DNA of 50,571 nucleotides from NCBI GenBank assembly GCA_013115125.1, contig JABANN010000226.1, positions 1 through 50,571 of the forward strand, read 5' to 3'. Origin of the DNA: Perkinsus olseni. Taxonomy: Eukaryota. The position numbers and the translations under genes were made by a program. Positions 27,001 through 40,488 of this stretch are shown piece by piece (the first letter of the stretch is position 1; every line of letters starts with the position of its first letter). Below the pieces are notes generated by a model that was not told where the DNA came from, searched no databases, and saw only the letters and a list, made by a program, of their open reading frames with translations.

Positions 27001-30000
27001 AGGAGTTCGTCCACTTCACGACGTATCTGGGCAAACTGGCGGGGACTGACGGGAAGGATGCGGCGGCCTCGGGTGGCAGTCCTGATGGCGCTCGGGAGGA
27101 GGGAGGTCAGCGCGTCTGTGGTGGTGTCTAGTGTGGACGGCTCTGGTTTCAGAGGGCACTCGAGTGGGTGATGGCGAAGGCGAAGCGGTGATAAGCATTC
27201 AGGCGATGGAGAGTCGGCAGGAGGACGTGGGGGACATCATGGACTTGGTGAAGGAATTTAATATCAAAACCAGCACTAAGCAGAGGACGTCTTTCATGGA
27301 GTTATCGCAAGCGCTTGGGAGTCTGCGGAATCAGATAGAGTTCTCGCAGGGAAACACTGAGGCTAATATCAACCGTTTCATAAAGGTGGGAGTATCTTTT
27401 GATCCGTGAAGTGCAAGGGTGACCTCTTGTAGGAGCTTGGCCAGGAGATACCGGTGATGCTGGATTGTGTCACCAAAGGCTTTGATAAGCTCAGAGATCA
27501 TAAGCTGTCTGACGAGACTCTGGCGTCATCTAAGGAGGGCCGCCAGGAGGTGCTCGAAACCCTGGAGCACATCGACCAACACGTGGCAGCGACCATCGTG
27601 GACGCCCAGAGGTGACGACCACTTCTTCGTGCGTCGCTCCGCTGTAGGCCGACTTTTTTCAGAATTAACGACTATCAGGAGGCGCTCAAGATAGAAGTAA
27701 CGCCGTTTGAGAAGGTGGACGAGCTCAAGGTGACGTGCGGGGGAGGGATGAAGTTGTCAGGGATCGGGAGACTTCTCGTCATCAGGTGCTTTGCAGCAGC
27801 GTGTCGAGGTTGTGGAAGTCGTTGGAAGAGTGGGAGCAGACCAGCGAGCAGTGGCTCCAATGGCGCTTCGGGCTGGTCGACGTTGATAAGATTTCTAAGG
27901 AAGTGGCTGTGTATCAGAAGGTGGCGATGCAGAGCATGAAGCAGCTCGAGACGAACGCGGTGGCTGCCAAGTTCACGGCCAAGGTTACTGCCTTTAAGAA
28001 CACTCTGCCGGTCGTCATGGCATTGCGGTGAGGGAGTCCCGGGGGGAGTTGATGGTGGTGATCCTGTTGTTTAGTAATTCTGCGCTGAAGGAGCGGCACT
28101 GGGAGGAGATTAATGAGATCATTGGAGTGGAGCTGGACCTCGAGAGCGACGAGCTGACTTTGGGCGTCTTGCTCAGCATGGGGGTTGATAAGAGCATGGA
28201 AGAGATCCAGGAGATATCGGGCCGGGCTGGCGCTGAGCAGGTAATGGCAACACCAGCAGCTTCGCTCCGCTCGTCGTCACTGTTTGATTTCGCAGTCCCT
28301 TGAGGAGATGCTTGACAAGGTGAAGCGTGTGTGGGAGGATCTCGAGCTCTTCCTCAACCCGTATAAGGACAGCAAGGAAATCTTCATATTGGTGAGTTGA
28401 TAAGGCATCTGGCCGTTACCTAGGAGTTCCACTGCCAGGGATCTGTGGACGACGTCATTACAGCGCTCGAGGACTCCTTAGTCAACATCTCCACCATTTC
28501 TGGCAGCCGGTAGGCGACTCAATATCGTCAAGAGCAGGAGGGAGCTTGATTTGATCAGATTTGTCGGTCCGATACGTGACGAGGTGGAAGAGTGGCAGAG
28601 GAATCTGATGCTCTTCCAAGAGACTCTCGACGAATGGCTGGCGGTCCAGCGGAACTGGGTGTAGGTTCTCGCGGCCTAGACGTGCTCATGTCGTCGCTCG
28701 GCAGGTACTTGGAGTCTATCTTCAGTGCAGGGGATATTAAGAAGCAGTTGCCGATAGAGTCGGCTAAGTTCATGGAGATCGATCAGCACTGGCGTAACAT
28801 CATGAAGGACACCAACGACTACAGCGTGGCGCTTGTGGCGGGGACGAAGGAGGGCCGCTTGGAACAGTTCAAGGAATTTAACGAGACTTTGGATCAAATA
28901 CAGAAGTCATTGGAGGAGTACCTTCACTCGAAGCGGAAGGTGACCGCTTGAGGTCGACCCTCGTGGAGATAGGAATCTTTTCCTCCGTTTTAGGCGTTCC
29001 CGAGATTCTTCTTCCTGTCCAATGATGAGCTGTTGGAGATCCTCGCTCAAGCGAGAAGAGTCCAGGCGGTCCAGCCACACCTGCGCAAGTGCTTCGACAA
29101 CCTCGTCAAGCTGCGCTTCGGTAGTGGTGAGGACGATAAGAGCGGCGGGGGGTCGTCTGGTGGCTCTGATATCGTTGGTATGATCTCCAGTGAGGGGGAG
29201 GAGATTCCGTTCTTCAAAGTTCTCAAGGCTCGAGGGAATGTGGAGAAGTGGCTGTTGGAAGTGGAGGAGTATATGATTAAGAGTATGCATGCGGTGATGA
29301 AGAAGGGATTTATCGACTACCCAGAGCAGCCTAGGAAAGAGTGGGTCGCTGAGAAGGAGGCGCAGGTTGTGTCATGTGTTGGCATGATAATGTGGTGCTC
29401 GGAGACGGAGAGGATACTGCAGGATAAAGATAAGAACAAGGTGGTGGACGCGATGAGAATCTGGTAAGTTGGAATTCTGGGTGGAAATATCTGCATGTTG
29501 CGATGGCACCGTTAGGTATCAACGTAACGTGACACAGCTGGAGGACCTCACTGACTTAGTCAGATCTAAACTCTCTTCTATACAGCGCCGGTCGGTTGTA
29601 GCCCTGGTCACTCAAGATGTGCATAATAGAGACATCATAGAGGATCTATCGGAGAACAACGTGGTGTCGACCTCAAGCTTTAAGTGGCAGCAGCAGCTTC
29701 GGTAGGGGTGGTGTCTTGAGCGTGCGTGTGGGTGACGTTTGCAATCGTCGAAGGTATTATTGGGACGTTGAAGAGGATGACTGTATTGTGAACCAAGTGG
29801 ATGCGACCATTCGTTATGGTTATGAATATCAAGGGGCAACAACAAGGCTGGTTATCACGCCATTGACGGACAGGTGAGTGAGGTTGGTCGGAAAAGTTCC
29901 GATGCGGGGACTCGAACCCCGGTCGCGTGGGTGAGAGCCACGAATCCTAACCAGCTAGACTACATCGGATGATGTTATCTGTACGCGCACTCGTGGATCT

Positions 30001-33000
30001 AGAGAACCTTCTCAGATGCTGGATGACCATCACTGGTGCCCTCCACATCAAACTCGGGGCTGCCCCCGCTGGCCCAGCGGGTACCGGCAAGACCGAGAGT
30101 ACCAAGGACCTCGCCAAGGCGCTAGCCCGGCAGTGTGTCGTATTCAACTGCAGTGACCAGATAGACTATAAAATGATGGGGAAGCTGTACAGTGGAGTCG
30201 TGACTGCTGGTGCTTGGACCTGCCTTGACGAGTTCAATAGAATTTCTATCGAGGTCAGGAGGCTCTTGGGGACGCGTAACGGATATGCATGAACTGACGC
30301 TGCTGCAGGTGTTGAGTGTCATTGCGCAACAGCTCCTGACCATCCGAGTGGCTCTGTTGAACGACCAATCAGAATTCATGTTCGAGGGCTTCATGCTCAA
30401 ACTCAAGCGTAAGGGGTGAAGGGCTGTTGAGTGTCATTGGACTTGTGGTGGTTCCATTCTCAGCCACATGTGGGGTCTTCATCACTATGAACCCCGGATA
30501 CGCTGGTCGAACAGAGCTGCCCGACAACTTGAAGGTTCTCTTTCGCCCAATGAGCATGATGGTTCCCGACTACACGCTCATCGCTGAGATCATGCTTTTC
30601 GCTGAAGGTGAGCGCGGGTTCGATCCCTGCGTTGTTCGTTTTTGGAATTCATCCGTGCCTCAGGGTTCAGCACTGCCAAGCGGCTCTCGGGGAAGTTCAC
30701 CAAGCTTTACAAACTCTCATCGGAGCAACTATCAAAGCAGGACCACTACGACTTCGGCATGCGCGCGGTGAAATCTGTGCTGGTCATGGCTGGCAGTCTG
30801 AAGCGTTCTGACCCTGACCTTAACGAGGACGTCCTTCTCATCCGTGCCATGAGGGACTCTAATGTTCCCAAGTTCTTGGCGGCCGATCTTCCCCTCTTCT
30901 ACGCCATAGTGGGGGATCTCTTCCCTGGAGTAGAGGTACCCTACATAGATTATGGTGTCCTGCGAGAAGCTGTCGATCATTCTGTGAAGAGCGACGGGCT
31001 TCAGGTGGTGGACGCTCAGGCGAAGAAAGTCATTCAGCTGTATGAGACCTTCAACGTCCGCTTCGGAGTCATGCTGGTCGGGCCTACCACTGGCGGAAAG
31101 ACTGTCATCTATCGTACGCTGGCGAAGGCCTTGAGCAAGCTACGAGCTGATGGGCATCCCGATGATAACTACCAAACGGTGAGGTATGACGTCCTCAACC
31201 CGAAGTGCATCACCATGGGAGAGCTCTATGGCGAGTTCAATGAGCTCACTCAGGAGTGGACGGATGGCCTTGGCAGTTCCCTTATGCGGGCTAATGTGGC
31301 TGACGAGACGCAGGATTGGCGATGGACCGTCTTTGATGGCCCTGTGGACGCCATCTGGATCGAGAGCATGAACACCGTGCTGGACGATAACATGACGCTT
31401 TGTCTGGCTAATGGCGAGCGTATCAAGCTGAAGCCTGAGATGAGGATGCTCTTCGAGGTCCAGGACCTGGCCGTGGCCTCCCCGGCTACTGTGTCGAGAT
31501 GTGGCATGGTCTATGTGGACCCTCTCGATCTCGGGTGGCGACCATTTGCCTTCACTTGGCTGTACAACCATCTCCCGGAAGGGCCGCCGTACACTGACGC
31601 TGTGCGGGGGAAAATATGGGACCTGATGGAGAGGCACCTGGACCCGGCCATAGCGTGGATTCGACGAAACTCAGCCGAGCCGCTGGCGACGGTGGACACG
31701 CAGCTGATCTACTTCTTCTGTTTCCTGTTCGAGGCTGTCCTGTCCTGGGAGGCCGCTACGCTGCACGGTGCTGCCAGCTCGGACTGCGACCCTGAGAAAA
31801 ATCCGATGATCGATTTGCGTAAACTGGACCCAGGCAACGAGGAGTCGGCCAAGCTACTGGACAAGATCATTCTGAGTACCTTCTGCTTCTCCATGGCTTG
31901 GTCCGTCGGGGGCTCCTGCGACACTAAAAGCAGGCAGATGTTTGCTCAGTATTGCGAGCAAGAGTTCGAGTCCGTGTCCTTCCCTCGCGGAGGCAGCGTG
32001 TATGACGGTTATGTGGACTTCGTGAAGGGCAGTAGGTTCCTGCCGTGGGAAGATCTAGTGCCGACGTTCGCCTACAAGGACACCGACAGCTACCTCCAGT
32101 TGCTGGTCCCCAACGTGGACAGCGTCCGCTTCTCGTACGTGGTGGACAAGATGTTGACACAGCAGAAAAGCGTCTTGTTGACGGGCATGACCGGCGTAGG
32201 GAAGTCTGTCATTCTTGCCAACCTGTTGAACAGAATGAAGGTTCATTCGGCCGTGGTTCCCGTGACCATGACTTTGAGTGCCCAGAGTAACGCCTCGAGG
32301 ATCCAGCTGACCATTGAGGGAAAGCTCGAGAAGAAGAGGAAGACCCTCCTTGGCGCCCCGGTTAATAAGAAGATGGTCATTTTGGTTGACGACGTAAACA
32401 TGCCAGCGGTGGAGGAGTACGGCGCCCAGCCACCGATAGAGCTGCTGCGCCTCCTGCAGGACCTTGGTGGCTTCTATGATAGGAAGAAGCTTTTCTGGAA
32501 GGAGGTTGAGAACACCACCCTACTGCTGTGCGCCGCTCCGCCGGGTGGAGGGAGGAATGAGATGACCCCGAGATTTACTCGGCATAGTATGGTCCTTTGC
32601 ATGCCCAACACTTCCCATGACGCCATGTCTGTCATTTTCTCGTCGATCTTGGGAGGCTTCTTCGCGGCCTACAAGTTCAAGCCTGATGTGCAGGCCCTGA
32701 TCAACGCTATGGTCGGAGGCACCATCGAGTTCTACGAGAAAATCTCAGCGGATCTTTTGCCAACTCCGGCGAAGTCGCACTATCTCTTCAACTTGAGGGA
32801 CGTATCGAAGGTCTTCCAAGGCATCCTCATGGCACGACCGGCGAGCTGTAACTCGGCTGACAAGGGCGTTAAGCTGTGGATTCATGAGATGTCTCGGGTG
32901 TTCTACGACAGACTGATCAACGAGGAGGACCGGAAGTGGTACGTGGAGACGCTACTGAGCTTGGTGAAGGTCAAATTCCGGGCGGACAACCTGCAGGCAG

Positions 33001-36000
33001 ATGACCTCTTCGGTGCCGCTCCCCTGATGTGGGGAGACTTCTTGAAGCCAGGCTCGGACAACAGAGTTTACGAGGAGATTACTGACCTCGGCAAGATGGC
33101 GAAGGTGTTGGAAGATTATAATGATGAGTATAACCTCTCCCACTCTACCCCGATGAACTTGGTATTTTTTAAGGACGCTATGGAGCATGTGGCGCACATC
33201 TCTCGAGTGCTGCGGCAAGAGCGGGGCAATCTCCTGCTGGTGGGCGTTGGCGGCAGCGGCAGGCAGTCCTTGGCCAGACTGTCTGCTAGCATGGCCGAGA
33301 TGGGCGAGTTCGAGATAGAGCTTACCAAGGGCTACGGCGTCGATCAGTTCAGGGAGGACGAGAAGGCCTTCCTGATTGGGTCGGGGTCTGCCGAGGGGAA
33401 GCAGACGTTGTTTCTGTTGAACGACACACAAATCATCAGCGAGACCTTTCTCGAGGACATCAACAACGTTCTTAACGCGGGAGAGGTCCCCAACCTCTTC
33501 CCCTCCGACGAGATGGACAGAATCGTTGGTGACCTCAGGCCTGTGGCTAAGGAGAACAATCGAAGTGAAGCGAAAGATGCGGTATGGAATTATTTCATAG
33601 AGCGCATTAAAGAAAACTTGCACATCGTTCTTGCTGTGAGCCCCGTTGGTGACGCGCTGAGGATCCGGATGCGGATGTTCCCGAGTCTGGTGAATTGTAC
33701 GACAGTTGACTGGTTCCACCCGTGGCCGGATGATGCCCTCTCCTCTGTGGCGACGAGGTTCCTCGAGAAGATAGAAGCCCTGGACGATGGCATGAAGGCC
33801 AACCTTGCACAGGAGTGCGTGGTGGTGCACCAGAGCGTTCTGAGGTGGAGCGAGGCCTTCCTGGAGAGGCTGAGACGCCACGTCTACTCGACGCCTAAGA
33901 GTTACCTCGATCTCATTCACCTGTACACGGAGATGCTGAGTGAAAAACGCGAGGAGAAAATGAAGGTCCAGAAGAGATTGGTGGTCGGCTTAGACAAGTT
34001 GAGGGAGGCCAACTCGGTCGTTAGCGGCCTGCAGGAGGAGCTGACGGCGCTCCAGCCGATCCTTGCGCAGAAGAAGGTGGAGACAGACGAGCTCATCGTG
34101 GTCGTTACGGAGGAGCGAAAGAAGGCTGACGAAGTGGCCGCTAAGGTTGCCTCAGAGGAAGCTGTCGTGAGGGAGCAGGCGGAGACGGTGCAGGCCATTC
34201 AAGCCGACGCCCAAAAGGACCTTGACGTTGCCATGCCTGCCCTCGAGAAGGCTATCAAAAGCCTGGATGCTCTCGATAAGAAGGACATCACCGAGATTAA
34301 GAGCTTCCCCAAACCCCCTGCCCTCGTGATGATGACGATGGAGGCTGTTAACACGCTACTTGGTAAGCCACTCGGAGAGGCTCTCATTGCCTTTACGGTG
34401 TCTTAGGTGAGAAGCCCGACTGGGACACAGCGAAGAGGGTGCTGTCGGACAGCCAGTTCATGACCAAGCTGAAGGAGTACGACAAGGACAACATCCCCGC
34501 CAACGTCCTCAAGGTGACGGCAGCCGGCTCGGTGGTCATCCCAAGGCTCTCTGTTGTTGTCAGAAACTGGAAAAGTATATCCAAAAACCAGAGTACGCCC
34601 CGGACTCTGTGGGTAATCAGTCGAAGGCGGCCAAGTCCCTGTGTATGTGGACCCACGCCATGGACACGTAGGGATGGACGACCTTGACGGGCGGGAGGAG
34701 CTGGATGGTAGGTACTCGAAGGTCGCGAAGACAGTGGAACCGAAGAAGAAACGACTGGAGGAGATGAACCAGCAGCTGGCGGAGGCAACTGAGGTGACGT
34801 CGCAGTCCGTGGGCGAGTTCGGGGTCGAGGGCTTCTGATCAGATCCTGGCTGGTAAGCAGAAGGACTTGAAGACCATTCAGGACAAGGTTGCGGCGTTAA
34901 AGCAGAAGTTGGATGATACCGAGGCCGAGAAGGACAGGTAACCATCGCCAGCGTTTTCAGGTCGTCCCTACTGTTGCCTTCTCTCAGGCTCATCAACGAA
35001 GCGGAGCTAACGCAAGCTCGACTGCAGCGGGCTGAGGTCCTCACCGTCGGTCTGGCTGGTGAATCGGTAGAGTTGCGGTACAGATCAACGGGCGTCTTCC
35101 TGAGTGGAGTTTTAGGTACGGTGGAAGGAGACTGTGGAGACGATGGACGCTGAGATCGAGGCTCTTACTGGGGATGTGTTCCTCTCGGCCGCAGCTATCA
35201 GCTACTTTGGATCCTTTACTGGACAGTAAAAGACAGCCTGCAGGGGAAGTTCCCATCGCCCTGTGCCAGGTACCGTCGAGAAGTGGTCGGGGAGTGGTTG
35301 CAGAACATGCGGGAGCTGGGCATACCGTGCTCGGATACCTTCAGTCTCGTGGCTGTCATGGGCAACCCTGTGCAAGTTCGGGAGTGGAACCTTCAGGTGG
35401 GCTGAGTTTTTGAGAGCCTCTGGCCTCTAAGGGTGCGTTCAGGGCCTTCCCTCGGACAGTGTCTCGCTGGACAATGGTGTCTTGGTTACCCGAGGGAAGC
35501 GATGGCCATTGATGATCGATCCACAGGAGCAGGCTAATAAGTGGATCAAGAAGAAGGAAGGCGCCGGAGGGTCCTCGGGCCAACTGCAGCTGTTGAAGCT
35601 CGGCAACCCGAAGCTGCTGCTGATAGTTGAGAACGCTATACGCATGGGGAACCCCCTCCTCATCGAGGACATCGGGGAGACCCTCGACCCCTCTCTGGAG
35701 CCGGTGCTTCAAAAGGCTGTCTTCAACAACAATGGCCGGCTGCAGATCCATCTTGGTGACTCGGATGTGGATTACAACCCGGACTTCAGGTGACCATGAC
35801 CACCCTCTGCCCTGCTGGCTCAGACGTGATTCGTTGTTGCTGGTAGATTTTACATGACCACGAAGCTCCCTAATCCCCATTACTACCCAGAGGTTTGCAT
35901 AAAGGTGAGAGCCGCTCGCCAGGCGTCGGTCTAGGGTGGCTGTCTTCAGGTTACCGTCATCAATTTCACGGTCACTTTCGAGGGTCTGGGGGAGCAGCTC

Positions 36001-39000
36001 CTGACCTTGGTGGTGGAGTCAGAGTTGCCGGAAGTGATGCGAAGGAAGACCGAGCTGATGATGCAGCTTGACAAGGACAAGAAGACGCTGCAGGGCCTGG
36101 AGGATGAGATTCTGCGGCTGTTGAGCGAGTCCCAGGGCAACATACTGGATGACGAAGTGCTCATTTCGACGCTACAACAGAGTAAAGTGACGGCTAAGGA
36201 GATTGAGGAGCGTGTGGCCGATGCTGAGGTGGGAAGCGATGGTCGTCCGCGAGGTCTTAGTGAGGTCCTTCTCGGCAGGTGACCAAGATTGAGATCGAGG
36301 CGGCCTGTAACAAGTACCTGTCAGTGAGCGAGAGGGGCAGCATACTGTACTTCGGTCATCGGAGAGATGCACTCGTATGATGGTTATGTTGTAGTTACTT
36401 CGTGGTTGCAGACCTGGCCAACATCGACCCGATGTATCAGTTCTCCCTCTTCTACTTCGTAAGGGAGTTCACCGTAGTGCCCCCTCCCAGTCGTCCGTGG
36501 CAGGTCCGAATGTTCCTGTATACCATCCATAATGCGGAGAAGTCGGATGACCTCGGCACGCGTCTGAAGACCCTCATCACGGGTAGTAGAAGTCTCCTCC
36601 TGCGACTCAGCTCTGCTGTTCTGATTACAGATGTGACTGAGTACGTCTTCAAGCTTGTCTGCCGAGGGCTGTTCGAGGTCCATAAGCTCATCTTCTCCTT
36701 CCTCATCCAGACCCAGATAGATCGCCACGCCGGTCGCATCGACAACGCCGAGTGGGGGCTGCTGCTCCGAGGTCCGACTCGTGCGTTCGAGGAGAAAGTC
36801 ATCTGTCGTCGGCTGGCTCAGGTGCGGGTATACAGGACGTATCGGGTCGGCCAGGGAATCCTGACATCGATCTTATCCCCGACAAGCAGTGGCAGCTACT
36901 GTATGCTGTCCAGCAGCAGGTGCCGCAGCTCCGAGACATCTGCAGCCATGTGACGAGGAACATCGACGCCTGGCGACATTGGTGCTGCGAGGAGAACCCT
37001 CATCTCGTGGACCTGCCTCTTAATTACGAGAATACGAGTCGGGATCGACCTCGTCGTTGGCCTAAAGACCGATCTATCTTTTTCTCAGGGCCTCCAGAGG
37101 AAACCGAAGTTGACGAGGAGGGAAGAGAAGAGGGACAGCCGAAGGCAACGACACTTAGGTGGTCCACAAACCTTTCCCATTCCCTTTGGGTTGACGGTAG
37201 CTGCTTCAGTTACTTCCGCAAGTTGCTGCTGCTCAAGTGCCTGACCCCGGAGAAGGTGCTCTTCGGTGCGGCGGAGTATGTTAAGAGAACACTGGGGGAA
37301 AAGTATTGCATCTTTGCCACGCCCATGATGGAAGAGGTCTTCGCTGACTCCTCCCACACGACACCTATCATCTTCGTACGTGGCCTGCCTCCTCGAGCTG
37401 CGCAGAGCCCGAGAGTGATGAGCTCAGGTCCTGTCGACGGGCGCTGACCCCACACAGATGTTGCTGAGGTTTGCCGCTGCTGAGGACTGCGAGTCCAATC
37501 TGCATATCATATCGCTCGGCCAAGGCCAGGGGCCTAGGGCTCAAAAACTCATGGAGAGGGGGTGGGCAACTGAACGGCGGCACTCGTCGGATTCGGGACA
37601 GTGGTTGTGACTAGGTACCAGGAAGGCCTTTGGGTGCTCCTGCAGAATTGCCATCTGGCCAAGTCTTGGATGCCGACGCTACAGCGATTGGTGGAGGCGA
37701 TGGAGGGCAATGCTCTCATCAGTCAGCAGGTGGGAGCTCTTCGGAAAGGCGGTGAGGGAGGCCTCGTTCCCTCCGCAGTTCCGACTCTTCCTCACCTCTA
37801 TGCCTGCGGATTACTTCCCAGTGCCGATCCTGCAGATATCAGTCAAGCTCACTACGGAACCCCCTAAAGGTAGGCCGGACGGCTCAGTATCGACCCACGG
37901 TGTCACCGCTCCTTGCAGGCCTCCGAGCTAACGTGAAGAGGAGTCTGATAGCCCTCGATGACGAGACGCTGAACAAGTCACGGAAGGCATCAGCCTGGCG
38001 ACGGCTGCAGTTCTCGCTGAAGCTCTTCCATGCGGTCAGTAGCTGCTGGGAGATGTTGTCGAGGAGGCTCATCGCCGTGAGGGCTCAGGTCATCCAAGAA
38101 CGACGGAAGTTCGGGCCACTGGGCTGGAATATCCGCTATGAGTTCAACGACTCTGACTTGGAGACCTCTACCGTCATCTTGCACAACATGCTCGAGCTGG
38201 AAGATCCTCAGATCCCCTGGGATACTATCAGCTTCGTCGTCGGGCAGGTGAGTTTTTTTTGCATCGCTCCGCTGTGTCCACTGCCGATTTTTAGATCAAC
38301 TACGGTGGTCGAGTCACTGACGATTGGGATCGTCGCTGCCTGATGGCTACTCTGGGCCGCTTCGTCACCCCGGACATCATGGAGAAGGACGACTACGCCT
38401 TCTCCGCGAGCGGTGAGCTCACCCTGATTTCACGGGGGAGGGTCATGACTCTCTCAGGGACCTATCGGCTGCCGGACAGCGTGGACGAGGTCACAGTGGC
38501 TGGGTTCAGGGAGTACGTGGACTCCCTACCGCTGTCAGAGGTAGGCTGAATGCCGAGGCGTTGCCGACTATGATGGTCTTCTTAGGCGCCGGAAATCTTC
38601 GGAATGCACGAGAACGCTAACATATCTTTCCAGCAGCAGGAGAGCGATGTCATCCTTAACACAGTTCTGTCGATCCAGCCACGAGAGTCTGGAGGGGGCG
38701 GGGGACGAAGCGCCGACGAGATCGTTTACGAGCTGGCAACACAGATGATAGATCGCTTGCCTGAGCCCATCACTGAGGACTCCGCCTGCCCGGACGTCTT
38801 CGCTGTCAACGACCAGGGCATGATGGGCAGTCTTGGTAAGTTAAAATCTCTAGCGGAGCGATGCAGATTGGAGCTGCCTTCAGGGACCTGTCTCTCTCAA
38901 GAGATGAGTCGGTTTAACAAACTCATCGGCCGTATGAAGAAGACTTTGACGGAGCTGCAGAGGGCCATCAAGGGCCTCATCGTCATGACTGCCGACTTGG

Positions 39001-40229
39001 ACGCTATGTTCAGCGCGCTGCAGAACAACTACGTAGGCGAGCTAGGCAGGCCTGCTGGTCATCGCTATCGTGGCAGATACCGTCGATCTGGGAAGCTGTT
39101 GCTTACCCCTCCCTCAAGCCTCTGGCCTCGTGGTTCGAGGATATGATCAGTAACGCTTTCTGCCCCCTTCTGCTCCGCAGTGGTAGCTGTCTCAGACCGA
39201 GTAGAATTCTTCCGGGATTGGGTCATCAATGATCAGCCTATAGCCTACTGGATCAGCGCCTTCTACTTCCCCCAAGGCTTCCTCACAGCGGTAGGGCCTT
39301 CACCTTGGACGACCACCGTCCTCTTCACTTGGATCTGTGTAGGTGCTGCAAGCCTACTCACGCTTCTACATGGTCCCTGTGGACGTGCTCGGCTTCGAGT
39401 TCGTCGTCCAGGACTTCGACGACCCCCTCAATGAGGTGGACGAGCCGCCGACAGAGGGCTGCCTCGTCTATGGTAAGGGTCGGGTATGCCTTCGCGGTTC
39501 TGACCAGTACCAATATCCATAAGTTTATCATCATGCCTGAGTAGCTACAACTTTTACAGTCATTACTACCATAATAATCATATTTTACTGCTTGTTGGTG
39601 TGGATACCGAAACATGCCAGCGTGTTGCCAGTGTGAGTACTACGCATATCGCTTGGCGCGCTGTTTTGGCTAATACCCTTTGGTAAGTATATAGGATGTG
39701 ATGATCTCATCGCCGCTCTGATGATCTGGAAGTTGCTGGGTTCTCTCACGGAGGACTCTTCCCATGACTTCAATTTTTATCATAGATTCATTATCATCTA
39801 TTTTCTTATATTGACGTGAGTTTTTATTCAATTTTTGTACTCAGGTCTCTACATGGACGGTTGTCGATGGGACTACGAGGAGATGGTCCTTGAGGATCAG
39901 GAGCCAGGTGCGCCCCTGAAGGACTCTGACTGCTGTTGTTATCGACTGCCAGGTGTGATGTACGTGAACGCTCCCACCATACACTTCGTGCCTTGCAAGA
40001 ACTACAAGATAGAACCCGAGCAGTACTCCTGTCCTCTGTACAAGACCAGCGTCCGAGCGGGTCTGTGTTTCCGTCAATAATCAACCTCTGGATATGCACT
40101 GCTCCAGGTACACTCTCTACGACGGGGCATTCGACGAACTTCGTGTTGGCTATTGAGATGGACACGAATAAACCGAAGGACCATTGGGTCCTACGAGGAG
40201 CTGCTCTCTTGACCATGCTCAATGATTGA
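24090..40229 (+). CDS. DNAH6: Axonemal dynein heavy chain, single-headed inner-arm type (DNAH6-like); very many short introns
   Basis: Linker motifs [18 protein letters not shown] and [19 protein letters not shown]1 YGYEYQG...[10 protein letters not shown]...GPAGTGKTE...[11 protein letters not shown]2 GPTTGGKT and [26 protein letters not shown]3 [11 protein letters not shown]4 GVGGSGRQS. Stalk, then [28 protein letters not shown], and C-terminal [13 protein letters not shown]...[10 protein letters not shown]. Short N-terminal tail. Subfamily call is by recalled motif similarity. Confidence 0.95.
29892..29895 (-). terminator. Pol III terminator (TTTT) of tRNA-Glu
   Basis: AAAA on the + strand one base past the tRNA discriminator. 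Confidence 0.65.
29897..29969 (-). tRNA. tRNA-Glu (CTC), nested antisense in a dynein intron (29874-30015)
   Basis: Reverse complement TCCGATG-TA-GTCTAGCTGGTTAGGAT-T-CGTGG CT CTC AC CCACG-CGAC-CGGGG TTCGAGT CCCCG-CATCGGA-A. Acceptor, anticodon and T stems pair perfectly. Confidence 0.96.
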
Positions 40230-40488
40230 CGACCGGCTTGTTATTGCAACGGTGTTGTGCGTATCTTTTATGGGTTGTGTTGTGGTAGTACGACAATGTC
40301 GACGGATCGGAAACAGAGTTCACGAAGGTAAGTTAAAGACGAACTCCTTAGTAAAAAGAAGAAGTGAGAAGAGTAAAAATTTTTTGTATCTTGCAGCGGA
40401 CCCCACCGTGGACGAGAAAACTCGAAACCACTGGTTGTTGAATAGGGACACACTCACAGTGCTACACATGTAACACAGGAAAGTAACG

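Noticed and set aside
32952-33920. 322-aa minus-strand ORF and other antisense ORFs over the dynein exon
   Set aside because: Shadow ORFs of a GC3-rich coding sequence, with no independent protein features.
39682-39690. ATACTTACC on the minus strand, resembling the U1 snRNA 5' end
   Set aside because: It is simply the reverse complement of a consensus 5' splice site (GGTAAGTAT). It is not followed by TG, an SLI/SLII loop (AUUGCAC) or an Sm site.
24090-40229. Non-canonical (GC/GA) splice donors or an alternative genetic code
   Set aside because: Every dynein junction I checked could be resolved with GT-AG and standard stops. Not all junctions were examined.
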